Source: Candidatus Kaiserbacteria bacterium CG10_big_fil_rev_8_21_14_0_10_49_17 (lineage in GTDB: Bacteria; Patescibacteriota; Minisyncoccia; Phycocordibacterales; JABMNX01). From it: a DNA stretch of 64,000 bases. The position numbers were made by a program, and so were the translations under genes. The notes under the pieces are model-generated. The model was not told the DNA's origin. It worked only from the letters and a program-made list of their open reading frames with translations, and did not search any database. The stretch spans positions 11,057 through 75,056 of the forward strand of contig PFBJ01000003.1 of assembly GCA_002778575.1 (NCBI GenBank), written 5' to 3'. Within the stretch, counting starts at the first letter, position 1, and each line of letters begins with the position of its first letter. Positions 46,377-56,384 of this stretch are shown one piece after another.

Positions 46377-46447
46377 ACCCGACTGGAATCGAACCAGCGA
46401 CCTCCTGAGTGCAAAACAGGTGCTCTAGCCAACTGAGCTACGGGCCC
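46374..46447 (-). tRNA. tRNA-Ala (anticodon UGC)
   Basis: cloverleaf folds; anticodon loop UUUGCAC; G3:U70 alanine identity pair; TTCGATT T-loop; no encoded CCA. Confidence 0.9.
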
Positions 46448-46448
46448 A

Positions 46449-46496
46449 CACTGCAATCAAACAATTTTGTTCATCTCATTTTGTTAATGTGCAACG
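46449..46496. repeat. right arm of inverted repeat flanking tRNA-Ala (also the tRNA leader region)
   Basis: CACACTGCAATCAAAC...CATCTCATTTTGTTAATGTGCAA. Confidence 0.6.
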
Positions 46497-46506
46497 CAAA
46501 ACGTTC

Positions 46507-46586
46507 GACAGTCTCCCGGACTGTCTCACCCCTAGCCAATGAAGCCACGGGCCATCTACATAAATGAACTTACAACACGTAAGTTC
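46507..46586 (-). other. two perfect hairpins (GACAGTC-tcccg-GACTGTC; GAACTTAC-aacac-GTAAGTTC) plus TATAAT box between ddl and tRNA-Ala
   Basis: seen directly; possible ddl terminator plus tRNA promoter/leader structure. Confidence 0.4.
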
Positions 46587-46605
46587 ACACGAGTGAAATT
46601 ATACC

Positions 46606-47574
46606 CTACTTCCCCCTTCTGGCAAGTACAATGACATGCTCGAGCAATTCAGGGAGCGAGCTTCCTGCTGCAGTGAGCGCTTGTACAAGCGGCGCCTCTT
46701 GGGAAAGTGACGGAAGCGTGTTGGTCTCCAAAAAATACACTCCTCGCGGGGAGACGATAAAATCTGATCGGGAGTAATGCCGGGCGCCGAGCGCGCGATG
46801 TATGCAAAGTGCCGCATCCTGCAGTTCTTGTTTTATGCCGTGTGAAAATGTGCTTGGACAGTGTCCAATTGCCAAGCCGCAGCCTTTAAGCTCTGGTGTG
46901 ATTATCATCTCTCCCTGCGGGCGCACAATTTCAACCGGAAGCGTTTGGTAGTACTCCTCACCTCGAAAACCATCAATGACGCCCACGGTTGCCTCCGGAC
47001 CTCGGATATACTCCTCAATCAGCACCTGATTTGAGTGCGTGAAGGCCCGCGCAATACTCTCTGCCAGATCGGTATACCCGTAGGCAACTGAAGTACCTAT
47101 AGATGATCCGCGAGCAACCGGTTTTACCACCACCGGCATTGGGAAACTTCGAAATAAATCAAGTAGTCGCTTTTCATAGTCTTCTGAGACTCGAAATACG
47201 ATACACTGTGGTGTCCGCAACCCCGCTTCTACCGCACACTCTTTTGCCCGCACCTTGTGCATTGCTAGTGCTGATGCAAATGCATCCGAGCCGGTATATG
47301 GTACAGAAAGCTTTTCAAGAATTCGCTGTACAGTCCCATCCTCCCCGTATTCACCACAAAGAGCATTGAGCGCAACATCAACACCATGAAGTGCCCGCTC
47401 TGGAGTAGTTGGCACGCCGCGCATATGCCACACACCATCTCGGTCAATAAAGATATCGCGTACCTGATACCAATCGGTAGTAAGTGAACGGAGTACGTGC
47501 GCACCGCTTCGAAGCGACGTATCGTATTCACTTGAAGGTCCTCCTCGAAGAACGCCTACAGAGAGCTTTGCCAT
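46606..47574 (-). CDS. ddl: D-alanine--D-alanine ligase
   Basis: ATP-grasp; N-terminal VGVLRGGPSSEY; start moved to MAKLSV. Confidence 0.9.
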   Translation of the reverse strand: MAKLSVGVLRGGPSSEYDTSLRSGAHVLRSLTTDWYQVRDIFIDRDGVWHMRGVPTTPERALHGVDVALNALCGEYGEDGTVQRILEKLSVPYTGSDAFASALAMHKVRAKECAVEAGLRTPQCIVFRVSEDYEKRLLDLFRSFPMPVVVKPVARGSSIGTSVAYGYTDLAESIARAFTHSNQVLIEEYIRGPEATVGVIDGFRGEEYYQTLPVEIVRPQGEMIITPELKGCGLAIGHCPSTFSHGIKQELQDAALCIHRALGARHYSRSDFIVSPRGVYFLETNTLPSLSQEAPLVQALTAAGSSLPELLEHVIVLARRGK

Positions 47575-47628
47575 TACATACAGTATACCAAAGCAAAGCC
47601 CGCCGTGCGTGTGCACGGCGGGTGGGAA

Positions 47629-48066
47629 TCACCAATCCTTGAGTACTTTTCCAATACTCTGGGTTATCTCTAGAAATTGTGAGACCACTGTTGTGTAGGC
47701 ATCTTCGATTTCGGCCTCAATATACTCAGAAATAGTCTCTTCCCGTAACTGATCTTCGGAAAGAACAAGATAACGTTCTCTCTGTGGGACTCCCGCAATT
47801 ATTCCCTTGGCCGGGGAGTATAAATCCTCATCAAGCCCATAATTCGGTGGATGCGGAATAAGACTTTGCAAGCTCACGACAACCTTAAACTCCCAATGTG
47901 ACGCCCAATCAGACCAATGCTGCCGATCCGGGCGACGAATGTGGATCACCTCTACGCTTTTGCTTTTCGTTTCTGGAATACACGCAAGCGCATCCCCCGC
48001 GGCTGCAAAACAAATGCCGGGAAATTCGCTTTTTCGCTCCCACTCCACAACGATTTTCGCACTCAT
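47629..48066 (-). CDS. hypothetical protein
   Basis: ORF only. Confidence 0.45.
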   Translation of the reverse strand: MSAKIVVEWERKSEFPGICFAAAGDALACIPETKSKSVEVIHIRRPDRQHWSDWASHWEFKVVVSLQSLIPHPPNYGLDEDLYSPAKGIIAGVPQRERYLVLSEDQLREETISEYIEAEIEDAYTTVVSQFLEITQSIGKVLKDW

Positions 48067-48169
48067 CAGGAACTCCCTTCACTTGAGGTCCCAGACCTCT
48101 GTCATTGCTGCCGCCACCCACGACAACAGCTGCCTGGAGAATATCAACTCGTAAACAATTCTGCAACTA

Positions 48170-48207
48170 CTTCCACTACACTGGAAGCATTTTCAGTGTA
48201 GTGGAAG
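48170..48207. promoter_or_regulatory. 14-bp perfect inverted repeat CTTCCACTACACTG-n10-CAGTGTAGTGGAAG
   Basis: seen directly between uvrC and downstream gene; shares AGTGTAGT core with 36649-36684. Confidence 0.45.
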
Positions 48208-48234
48208 TGAATAATTGATTCTGCCGAGGTAGTG

Positions 48235-49464
48235 CTACGAGCGCCTTCGCAAGCGCGTGCGATGCCAATTAATCGCAAAACGGTGCGCCTCGCTGTTTGC
48301 TAAAAGCACCGCCCTTTCATGCTCGCGCGCGAGCGCGCGATTTCCCTGAAACTCGCGCGGGCGGTGCCGCTCGTCTTTTACAACGCCAACTACCGGAATG
48401 CCAATTCCGTACTGTTTTAATACCGCTTGAGCCGCATGTACTTGCGCCTTCCCGCCATCTACCACAATCAGTTTCGGAAATGGCCACTCACTGTGCCCCA
48501 ATCGCCGAAGAAGCACTTCAGTGAGTCCCGCGACATCGTTGTTCACATCACGGCTGATTTTAAATTTTCGATACTCGCTCTTTTTCGCTTCACCACCCTC
48601 AACTACCGCCATGACGCCCACAACCTCTGCACCAGACGTGTGCGCAATATCATACGCTTCAATGCGATAGTCGCTTCCCGCTTTCCCGTATTCCTTAAAT
48701 TCATTTTTTATGAGCGATACGTCTTGAATATGTGAAAGGACGAATATCTGCCGCTTTAGCGCCTCCGCGTTCTCAAACTGCTCATTCTTTGCGTATGCGT
48801 TCATCTCCTTTTCAAGCTCAGCGAGAAGCTTCTTCTTTTTCCCGGAAAGAAATAGCGCAAGGTGCTTGATCGTTTTGCGGTACGCACGTTTATTCAACTC
48901 ACGCGGGTACACACCAATTTGCTGATTAAATACGAGTTTTTTTCTTTGCCGATCGCTCATATCGCTATCAATCGGAAACGGAGTGTCGAAATACGGGAAC
49001 AATTTCCGGATTATTTTCATCGCTTCCTTAAATTGCAATCCGTGCGGGTATGGACCAAAAAGATGTGTTGCCCCTACTTCTGCCACTTTCTTTTCAAGTT
49101 CCTTCCCGCGAACCGCAAGCACGCGGGGAAACTCTTCACCAGTAATGACAATGTAGTTGAAGCTCTTATCGTCTTTGTCCCGCGTATTGTACGGTGGCAG
49201 ATATCGCTTAATAAGATTTGCTTCGAGAATGAGTGCCTCGAGAACAGAATCAGTCTCCACGTATTCAACACTTTTTGCCTCTGCTACCATCTTCACGATA
49301 GCCGGCCCCCGTGTCTCAATAAGGTCTTTTGAAAAGTAAGAGCGAACGCGACTCTTAAGCGATGTGGCTTTCCCGACATAGAGGAGTTTTCTGCGCGCAC
49401 CGCGAAAGAGGTACACGCCCGGTGCATCAGGTAATGAAAACTGCTCCAGTTCCTCTTTCAGCAT
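48235..49464 (-). CDS. uvrC: excinuclease ABC subunit C, short form lacking C-terminal (HhH)2 domain
   Basis: GIY-YIG GVYLFRG...LYVGKA, UVR domain, RNase-H-like endonuclease VVDGGKAQ. Confidence 0.85.
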   Translation of the reverse strand: MLKEELEQFSLPDAPGVYLFRGARRKLLYVGKATSLKSRVRSYFSKDLIETRGPAIVKMVAEAKSVEYVETDSVLEALILEANLIKRYLPPYNTRDKDDKSFNYIVITGEEFPRVLAVRGKELEKKVAEVGATHLFGPYPHGLQFKEAMKIIRKLFPYFDTPFPIDSDMSDRQRKKLVFNQQIGVYPRELNKRAYRKTIKHLALFLSGKKKKLLAELEKEMNAYAKNEQFENAEALKRQIFVLSHIQDVSLIKNEFKEYGKAGSDYRIEAYDIAHTSGAEVVGVMAVVEGGEAKKSEYRKFKISRDVNNDVAGLTEVLLRRLGHSEWPFPKLIVVDGGKAQVHAAQAVLKQYGIGIPVVGVVKDERHRPREFQGNRALAREHERAVLLANSEAHRFAINWHRTRLRRRS

Positions 49465-49498
49465 AGAATGAGCGTACTGTCTTCAAGAGAGAATGCAA

Positions 49499-50980
49499 CT
49501 ATCGTTTCTTTTGAATTAGATTTTGAAAGTTTATTCCCTTCCGTCGCAGTACGATTCCGGCGCCAATCACAAGGAGTACCAGACAGCTAAGGGTGATTAA
49601 GACGCTTTGCGCAAATGGACTGAAAATACTGACACTCGTAGAACACGGCGCCCCCACAAGCGACTCGCACCGGTATGTATTAAACAGCTCTACTGGTTCA
49701 TGTCCCTCATTTTTGAGTTTTGCGTATACACCGAATGACTGCAGTCCTGAGACACCGTTAAGCAGTTCGATAAATTCCTTCATAGGCGACGGAATCACCT
49801 CCCGAATGCGCACGGTATCACGCACTCGCCCATCCGGCTCTGAAATCGCAATGTCCACGGTTGTAAACCCGGTCGGCTCGCCGCGCTGCTCCAGACACAC
49901 CACGACATTGCTTTTTGCGGTTAGTGGGTAAGAGTCGACGCCGAGGTAGCGTATCGCGGGATATGCGCCGCGGTATTGGTAAAACCGAACAATGTAAAGC
50001 GAGTGCGCCCCTCCCCACGAAACATCAAAAACAATTGAGTGCAATCCCGGTGCTCGAGTGCTTACTGAAATAGTCTGATTCGCATGCGCGTCAGGTCCTA
50101 AAAGTAAATTGCTAGGCCCGTCAGACGCATCAAGCAGGTACGTTGTTCCAAATGTGCCGCCACTGTAGTGCTTCCACGACACGCTAACCTCCTGCGATTC
50201 GTTACTAGTAAGCGTATTGTCGATCGGAATAGTAACGGTTACCTCTTCTTGCTCCGGCGCTTCAACTACAGCACCCACGCCCGCATACGGCTCACCTGCA
50301 AGGGTTACAGTACTTCTATCTACATACACACCGCGCGAAGGACCAGAAATCTTAAACGGCACATACCCAACTGAAGAATTGTCCGAATACGGAGTGCCGA
50401 TAATGTGAAATGCTCCTGAGGCAATGAGCTCAACTGCCGTGTAGTAGTCTCCCGCCACAGTTCCCCGCGGGACTACCCAAAGAAATGAAAGTGATTCAGA
50501 CTCTCCGTGTTGTAGTGAAAAATTTTTGGGCAAGTACCACTCCTCAACTATATGATCTCCGAAACGTCGTCGCATATTCTCATCCGGCTCTTTCCTGAAT
50601 ATCCGAATGCGAATGTGTGAGTCCGGAATCGGGTACGGACTGTGATTCTGTATACTTCCGGAAAATGAAATGCTCTCGTACGGCTCATACACGTCCTTCT
50701 CCGTTTGCAGGTCAACCGAGACAGCGCGCCAGTCTTCTGTGCATGCCCGTACCGGACTATTCTTTTCAGCTGTTGCTGTGTGCGGGACAATATCAATACG
50801 CTCTTCCGCGCTCTTAGGAATAATGAAACCCCGTCCTTCAAAAAGCTCAACTGGATACTGGAGTGCCCCGCGTGGCGGGACAGGTGCCCCGTCTTTTATT
50901 TCAAGCGGGGGCAGTGTCTCTTGCGCGTGCACAGCTGTTGCAAAGACAAGGAAAGGAATGATAAGGAGAAATTTTTTCAT
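49499..50980 (-). CDS. secreted cell-surface protein with cleavable signal peptide and C-terminal TM anchor plus basic tail
   Basis: MKKFLLIIPFLVFATAVHAQE signal; C-terminal LITLSCLVLLVIGAGIVLRRKG. Confidence 0.6.
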   Translation of the reverse strand: MKKFLLIIPFLVFATAVHAQETLPPLEIKDGAPVPPRGALQYPVELFEGRGFIIPKSAEERIDIVPHTATAEKNSPVRACTEDWRAVSVDLQTEKDVYEPYESISFSGSIQNHSPYPIPDSHIRIRIFRKEPDENMRRRFGDHIVEEWYLPKNFSLQHGESESLSFLWVVPRGTVAGDYYTAVELIASGAFHIIGTPYSDNSSVGYVPFKISGPSRGVYVDRSTVTLAGEPYAGVGAVVEAPEQEEVTVTIPIDNTLTSNESQEVSVSWKHYSGGTFGTTYLLDASDGPSNLLLGPDAHANQTISVSTRAPGLHSIVFDVSWGGAHSLYIVRFYQYRGAYPAIRYLGVDSYPLTAKSNVVVCLEQRGEPTGFTTVDIAISEPDGRVRDTVRIREVIPSPMKEFIELLNGVSGLQSFGVYAKLKNEGHEPVELFNTYRCESLVGAPCSTSVSIFSPFAQSVLITLSCLVLLVIGAGIVLRRKGINFQNLIQKKR

Positions 50981-50981
50981 A

Positions 50982-52751
50982 CTAAAATTCTTCAAAATCT
51001 GGAATCAACCCTACCGTTATCGAATCTGACACGTCCCCTTGGGCGCTTTCGCACACAATAGTAAACGTACTTTTTTGGTCAACGCGAACGCTTGTCGTCC
51101 CGTCCCACTGCGTAAGATTGTTTGACTGCCGACGCACGATACCAGGTCCGCTTAATTCGCAAGAATTTTTTGTAATATCGACTGCCGACCACGACAAGAC
51201 AATACTGTCACCAGCTCGTATGAGCGAATCCGCCGGAATGACCGCTATATCAACGGTCGGCGAGGCCACATACACCTCAACCGAATCTTCTGCCGGCGAC
51301 CCAATACCGGAGCACAGAATTCGATACACCGTACTCGGAGCACTTGGTACTACAACAAGCCCTGTACTGTTATGCGTCTGTCCGCCGGTTGAGAATCCTG
51401 CTCCGCTGCAGCTGCTTGCATTGTTGCTGCTCCACGTAAGCAGCGCGGATTCTCCGTCAGATACAGTCGCAGAGTTTTCACCGTTCACACGAAGGTCAAC
51501 CGAAACAGGCAGAGCCGGATTGATAGTAATGTTGTGCGTACTCCACGCTGAACGGTTCCCTATTTCATCCTCTGCAAGCGCCTGAAACGTGTAAGAGCCG
51601 GCGGATCCCCACCCGTATGAACTGTCTCCACTTGACCCAGATGAGACATACCCACTTGAGGGGACCCACTCATCAACTGAAGCGTTCTCGTCCCAGTCGA
51701 TACCGTATCGCAGCGTGTCTCCATCCGGGTCGGTTGAAAGAAACGTAAACTGTGTCAGTACCGACGGGTAACTGCTTGCCGCGCCGCTAATGACTGGTGG
51801 TGTCGGTGCGCTATTTGGCGTTTTCGCGTCACCGACGAACACAATACTCTGCGCGGGCACTGCGACTGAAAAAGCGCCGGATTCTCCAACGCGCCGCATC
51901 GGAGTATTGCTTCCCGCACAAAATGGATTGTTGACTGTCTCTGAGTATGTGCCAACCGGTATGGTAACGTCCCAAAAACGAATGGTCAGACGCTTTGTGA
52001 TTATGTCTCTGCTGTCATAGCGATAGTAAAAGTGTCCATCGACTGGCTCAAAGGTGAATCGAGACTCAATTGACCCTGGGCTGGTAACAGTACAAACAAA
52101 ACCAGTCGAATCGCACGAAAGCCCCGCACTGCCATTATGCTCAACACTCATGACCGGCTCATCGAGTGAAAGAGACGCATACACATCGCGACCTCTGGTA
52201 GTACCGAGGTATTCACTGGCAGGACATGTACTGTCTGCTTTCTCCTGTGCTGTTGATTGGCGAGGAGACGGCGGATTTAGCCACACAGTGTAGTAGAGAT
52301 TGTACTCAACACCCACAAAGTTGTCCGGTCCGGCATATGGAGTATTAAATGTTGAATCAATGACCGCTCTGGGTTCCCAATGCCCATTGAAGGTGCCTGG
52401 AACACTACTACTGGACCAGGTAATGTTTGAATCTGACAGCGGGCGAGGACGAAATTCTATAACCTGTCCAACAGAAACATCAGCATTTTGCGGAAGCGGC
52501 TGCTGTGTCGCGGTATCGATAACATCAACGTAGTACTGAACTGAGACAGTCGGACTGGTCAGGAAATCTGCAGTCTGCCATCCGCCGGGGTATGTTGTTG
52601 CATTCCAAATCTGATACCAATAATAAATTGGGTTTTCAAATTGAATTGAGCCGGGAATTGTACTGCTCCAAGAAGCAGAGAGAGCGTGCGCAGAAAATGG
52701 CGCAGAAAAAAGCAGTACGCATAAAACTAAACCGCGCCACACTGTTTGCAT
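50982..52751 (-). CDS. secreted protein with PKD/Ig-like repeat(s)
   Basis: signal peptide VLCVLLFSAPFSAHA; DPDGDTLRYGIDWDENAS PKD-like motif; 1-nt spacing to downstream surface-protein gene. Confidence 0.6.
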   Translation of the reverse strand: MQTVWRGLVLCVLLFSAPFSAHALSASWSSTIPGSIQFENPIYYWYQIWNATTYPGGWQTADFLTSPTVSVQYYVDVIDTATQQPLPQNADVSVGQVIEFRPRPLSDSNITWSSSSVPGTFNGHWEPRAVIDSTFNTPYAGPDNFVGVEYNLYYTVWLNPPSPRQSTAQEKADSTCPASEYLGTTRGRDVYASLSLDEPVMSVEHNGSAGLSCDSTGFVCTVTSPGSIESRFTFEPVDGHFYYRYDSRDIITKRLTIRFWDVTIPVGTYSETVNNPFCAGSNTPMRRVGESGAFSVAVPAQSIVFVGDAKTPNSAPTPPVISGAASSYPSVLTQFTFLSTDPDGDTLRYGIDWDENASVDEWVPSSGYVSSGSSGDSSYGWGSAGSYTFQALAEDEIGNRSAWSTHNITINPALPVSVDLRVNGENSATVSDGESALLTWSSNNASSCSGAGFSTGGQTHNSTGLVVVPSAPSTVYRILCSGIGSPAEDSVEVYVASPTVDIAVIPADSLIRAGDSIVLSWSAVDITKNSCELSGPGIVRRQSNNLTQWDGTTSVRVDQKSTFTIVCESAQGDVSDSITVGLIPDFEEF

Positions 52752-52816
52752 GTGTTTTAGTATACCGCAGAGGTACGCTGTCATAGCTATTTCTGTGGGA
52801 AAAGAAACACCCGCCG

Positions 52817-53131
52817 CTATGCGGCAGGTGTTTTGATTTCCCCGTTTTGGACTGCAACCCACAGTCGCTTTACACGATACGAGAGAATGCCCGTCTGACA
52901 AAAAAATTGATACTCGTTTCTTATTTTTGAACGTGTTGAGGAATTGCGCAGTGCACTCATACCGATAACATGCCCTTCAGCCGCTATAAATATACCGAGT
53001 GTGCTCTTTACCTGAGGACAGAGGTGTTTTCGAACAATACGAAGCACACTATAAGCTCGTGAGGTATACTCCCCAAACTCTCCAAAAGTTTGCTTCGCAA
53101 TGAGCGCGCGCAACGGTGGTTTCTTTCTCAT
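52817..53131 (-). CDS. small basic hypothetical protein
   Basis: ORF with AAAGGGG RBS; no homology. Confidence 0.3.
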   Translation of the reverse strand: MRKKPPLRALIAKQTFGEFGEYTSRAYSVLRIVRKHLCPQVKSTLGIFIAAEGHVIGMSALRNSSTRSKIRNEYQFFCQTGILSYRVKRLWVAVQNGEIKTPAA

Positions 53132-53176
53132 GGTACCCCTTTACACTGGAGAACTTCTCTAAAGCGTAATGATACC

Positions 53177-55774
53177 CTACTTCGCTCTTTTAGTTTTCCC
53201 CAACATTTTTTTCAAATACGTTCCGGTGTATGAGTGCGTAACGTTTGCAATTTCTTCTGGTGTCCCTTTCGCGACCACTGTCCCGCCACCGACTCCCCCT
53301 TCCGGACCAATATCAATGCAGTAATCAGCGCTTTTTATAACATCGAGATTGTGCTCTATCACCACGACAGTATTTCCGCGCCGGACAAGCTCTTGGAGAA
53401 TTTCAATAAGTTTCGCCACATCCTCATAGTGAAGACCGATTGTTGGCTCATCAAGCAAGTATATGCTTTTTTGCACGTGCGGGCGGTACAGCTCAGATGC
53501 GATTTTTACGCGCTGTGCTTCCCCGCCAGAGAGCGTCGTCGCGCTCTGCCCAAGCTCAAGATAGCCAAGCCCTACATCGCATAGCGTCCGCAATCGGTCC
53601 GATATGGCGGGAATGTCATTGAAGAACTCGAGCGCTTCCTCAATTGTCATGTGGAGCACTTCATGTATATTCTTCTTGCGGTATGTCACTTCAAGGGTTT
53701 CTTTAGTAAACCGCTTTCCATTGCAGACGTCACACTCCACATAGACGGTTGGGAGAAAGTGCATTTCAACTGCAATCATTCCATTTCCTTGGCACGCCTC
53801 ACATCGCCCGCCTTTTACATTGAAGGAAAATCTCCCCGGCTTCCATCCGCGGGCACGCGCTTCAGAGCTTGCCGCGAAAAGGTCCCGAATATGGGTAAAA
53901 GCCCCTGTGTAGGTAGCAGGGTTTGAGCGCGGTGTGCGTCCGATTGGCGACTGGTCAATCAGTATCGCGCGCCCGAGGTACTCTGTCCCTTCAAAACGGG
54001 CACAGTTGAATGTCTTATTGTTTTTGTATTTCCTGTCAAACCGCGCACGAAGGTTTTTATGGAGAATCTCGTACATAAACGATGATTTCCCGGAACCGGA
54101 AACCCCAGTAATCGCAACGAGGCGGTTTAGTGGGACATCAACATTCATGTTTTTAATATTGTAAATTCCCCCTCCGCGAATTTTTATGGCACCTTTCGGA
54201 CTCGTTCGTCGCTCGTCCGGAATTTCAATTTCTCTATCCCCCCGTAAATAATCAAGTGTCACGGAGCCGGATGTATTTTTCTTTGCGGTTAGTAGCTTCT
54301 CGAGCCAATCTGCGACAACTATTTCTCCCCCGTGCACCCCTGCTCCTGGGCCAATGTCAACGAGATAATCTGACGCGTAAATCGTGTCCTCGTCATGCTC
54401 AACAATGACAATGGTATTCCCCAAATCACGCAAGTTGGTAAGTGTTTTGATAAGCAAATCATTGTCTCGCTGGTGGAGGCCAATAGTCGGCTCATCGAGC
54501 ACATAGAGCGCTCCTACCAAGCCGCTGCCAAGCTGGCTTGCAAGACGAATACGTTGTGCCTCTCCGCCAGAGAGCGTATTTGCCCGCCGATTTAATGTCA
54601 GATACTCAATACCGACATCAAGCATAAACTGCAAACGGCTTTCAATTTCACGCACTATTGCGGCAGAAATTTCTTTCTGTTTTTTTGTGAGCTTCAGTCC
54701 CTTAAGGAATGCGTGGGCTTCAGCTATTGAGAGGTCAGTGAACTGAACAATATTTTTCCCGTGTTGCGGATCGCCGCCAAGGTATACCCGCAGCGCTTCC
54801 GGTCGCAGACGCGCACCGCCGCACACATCGCACACTTCACTGCCGAAGTAGTGCTTGGTGCCAAGCCCGTTGCATTCCGGACACGCACCGTACGGCGAGT
54901 TGAAGGAAAAGAGTCGCGGTTCTACTTCCGGAAAAGAAGAACCGTCTTCCGGGCAAATAAACTTTGCCGAGAATACTTTCTCGATTCCATCCGCGCCCTC
55001 TATCTTTACGAGACCGTCACTCTCTTTAAGAGCCAATTCTATTGCCTCAGAGAGCCGCTCCCGCGCACTTTGCTTATCCTTTTCAAATTCACTGAGAAAA
55101 ATTTCATCAACGATTATATCAATATCGTGCTTTTTTGTTTTTGCAATCGTGATCCGTTCGCGGAGTCTCTGTTCAGCTCCATCAATCTTCACTTTCTCGT
55201 ACCCTCGACCAAGGAAGTCATAGAGCAGTTGGTAGTACTCTCCTTTCCGACCCACCACAACCGGAGCGAGCACCTTTAGCTTCTGCACTGAGTATTTTGC
55301 TCCAAGTATCTCTTTTTCGCTCTTATTTAAATTGTCTTTCTCGATCGTGGAGAGGATGCTGTTCATTATTTCTTCATGGGAAAGCTTCTCGATTGGCGTG
55401 TCATGATAAAGACAGTACGGTTGGCCGACTCGCGCGTAAAGTATGCGGAGGTAGTCATATATTTCAGTAATAGTTGCAACGGTTGAGCGGGGATTATTTG
55501 ACCGGCTTTTCTGGTCAATAGAAATTGCTGGAGAGAGACCGGAAATTTCATCAACATCCGGCTTTTGCATCTGACGAAGAAATTGCCGCGCATAGGACGA
55601 CAGTGATTCTACGTATTTCCGCTGCCCTTCAGCAAAAATGGTATCAAATGCCAATGAGGATTTACCGGAACCAGAAAGACCAGTAAAAACCACCATCTTA
55701 TTGCGTGGTATTTCCAGATCAACATTTTTTAGATTGTGGGTCTTTGCCCCTTTAATGCGTATTGATTCCTCCAT
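53177..55774 (-). CDS. uvrA: excinuclease ABC subunit A
   Basis: two ABC ATPase modules ([19 protein letters not shown]), zinc fingers CxxC, signature LSGGEAQR. Confidence 0.97.
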   Translation of the reverse strand: MEESIRIKGAKTHNLKNVDLEIPRNKMVVFTGLSGSGKSSLAFDTIFAEGQRKYVESLSSYARQFLRQMQKPDVDEISGLSPAISIDQKSRSNNPRSTVATITEIYDYLRILYARVGQPYCLYHDTPIEKLSHEEIMNSILSTIEKDNLNKSEKEILGAKYSVQKLKVLAPVVVGRKGEYYQLLYDFLGRGYEKVKIDGAEQRLRERITIAKTKKHDIDIIVDEIFLSEFEKDKQSARERLSEAIELALKESDGLVKIEGADGIEKVFSAKFICPEDGSSFPEVEPRLFSFNSPYGACPECNGLGTKHYFGSEVCDVCGGARLRPEALRVYLGGDPQHGKNIVQFTDLSIAEAHAFLKGLKLTKKQKEISAAIVREIESRLQFMLDVGIEYLTLNRRANTLSGGEAQRIRLASQLGSGLVGALYVLDEPTIGLHQRDNDLLIKTLTNLRDLGNTIVIVEHDEDTIYASDYLVDIGPGAGVHGGEIVVADWLEKLLTAKKNTSGSVTLDYLRGDREIEIPDERRTSPKGAIKIRGGGIYNIKNMNVDVPLNRLVAITGVSGSGKSSFMYEILHKNLRARFDRKYKNNKTFNCARFEGTEYLGRAILIDQSPIGRTPRSNPATYTGAFTHIRDLFAASSEARARGWKPGRFSFNVKGGRCEACQGNGMIAVEMHFLPTVYVECDVCNGKRFTKETLEVTYRKKNIHEVLHMTIEEALEFFNDIPAISDRLRTLCDVGLGYLELGQSATTLSGGEAQRVKIASELYRPHVQKSIYLLDEPTIGLHYEDVAKLIEILQELVRRGNTVVVIEHNLDVIKSADYCIDIGPEGGVGGGTVVAKGTPEEIANVTHSYTGTYLKKMLGKTKRAK

Positions 55775-55952
55775 CTCACTAGAGATAGGTTGCCCTTAAG
55801 CAACCGTTTACATAAGCACTTATTGAATATATTCCTTATTCTTTTAGCAATGGTCTGTGTGACCCCCGCGCAACCATCGCATGTAATGGGCCACGCAAGC
55901 CTTCGACCCCTGCGTGGTGGTAGGGGGTTGTGTATGGAGTATAGCAGAGAGG

Positions 55953-56384
55953 CTACGCACTGTCTCTAAGCGCTTTGCTATCTGTCTCTGCCGGCATTTC
56001 TTCGGATTGTGCCGAAAGTTCACTCTCGATGGTACGGACAACATCATCGAGAGTAAGTGTTGCTTTAATCAAAAACTTTTTTGCTCCCAATTCTTTTCCT
56101 TTTTCCAGATCGCTTTCCTGCCCAAGGTTCGAAAGGACAATGACTGGAATTTGCTTGAGTATCGGACTGCTTTTTACCTGCCGTAAGACTTCAAAACCGT
56201 CAACTCCCGGGAGCAGAATATCAAGCAGTATGACATCGGGCTTATTATCCTTGAGTATTTCAAGCGCCTCCTCACCAGTGCGTGCATGCATGACGTAATA
56301 CGAGCTGCCGCCAAGCTTGCGCAGCAAGAGGTCAGAGAGAAGCTTATCGTCTTCTACAACGAGTATGTTATTCCGGCTTGCCAT
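55953..56384 (-). CDS. stand-alone response regulator receiver (CheY-like)
   Basis: DD...D57 (ILLDILLPGVDG)...T...K receiver residues; no output domain. Confidence 0.85.
   Translation of the reverse strand: MASRNNILVVEDDKLLSDLLLRKLGGSSYYVMHARTGEEALEILKDNKPDVILLDILLPGVDGFEVLRQVKSSPILKQIPVIVLSNLGQESDLEKGKELGAKKFLIKATLTLDDVVRTIESELSAQSEEMPAETDSKALRDSA

Noticed and set aside
46247-46456. ORF-track protein-coding ORF (69 aa, minus strand) spanning the tRNA locus
   Set aside because: Region is occupied by tRNA-Ala and a tRNA fragment; translation (VAQLARAPVLHSGGRWFDS) is the classic tRNA-shadow artefact.
55775-55952. Two short hairpins (GGTTGC/GCAACC; CCACGCA/TGCGTGG) between the response regulator and uvrA
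   Set aside because: Short stems without T-tracts; cannot distinguish from chance secondary structure.
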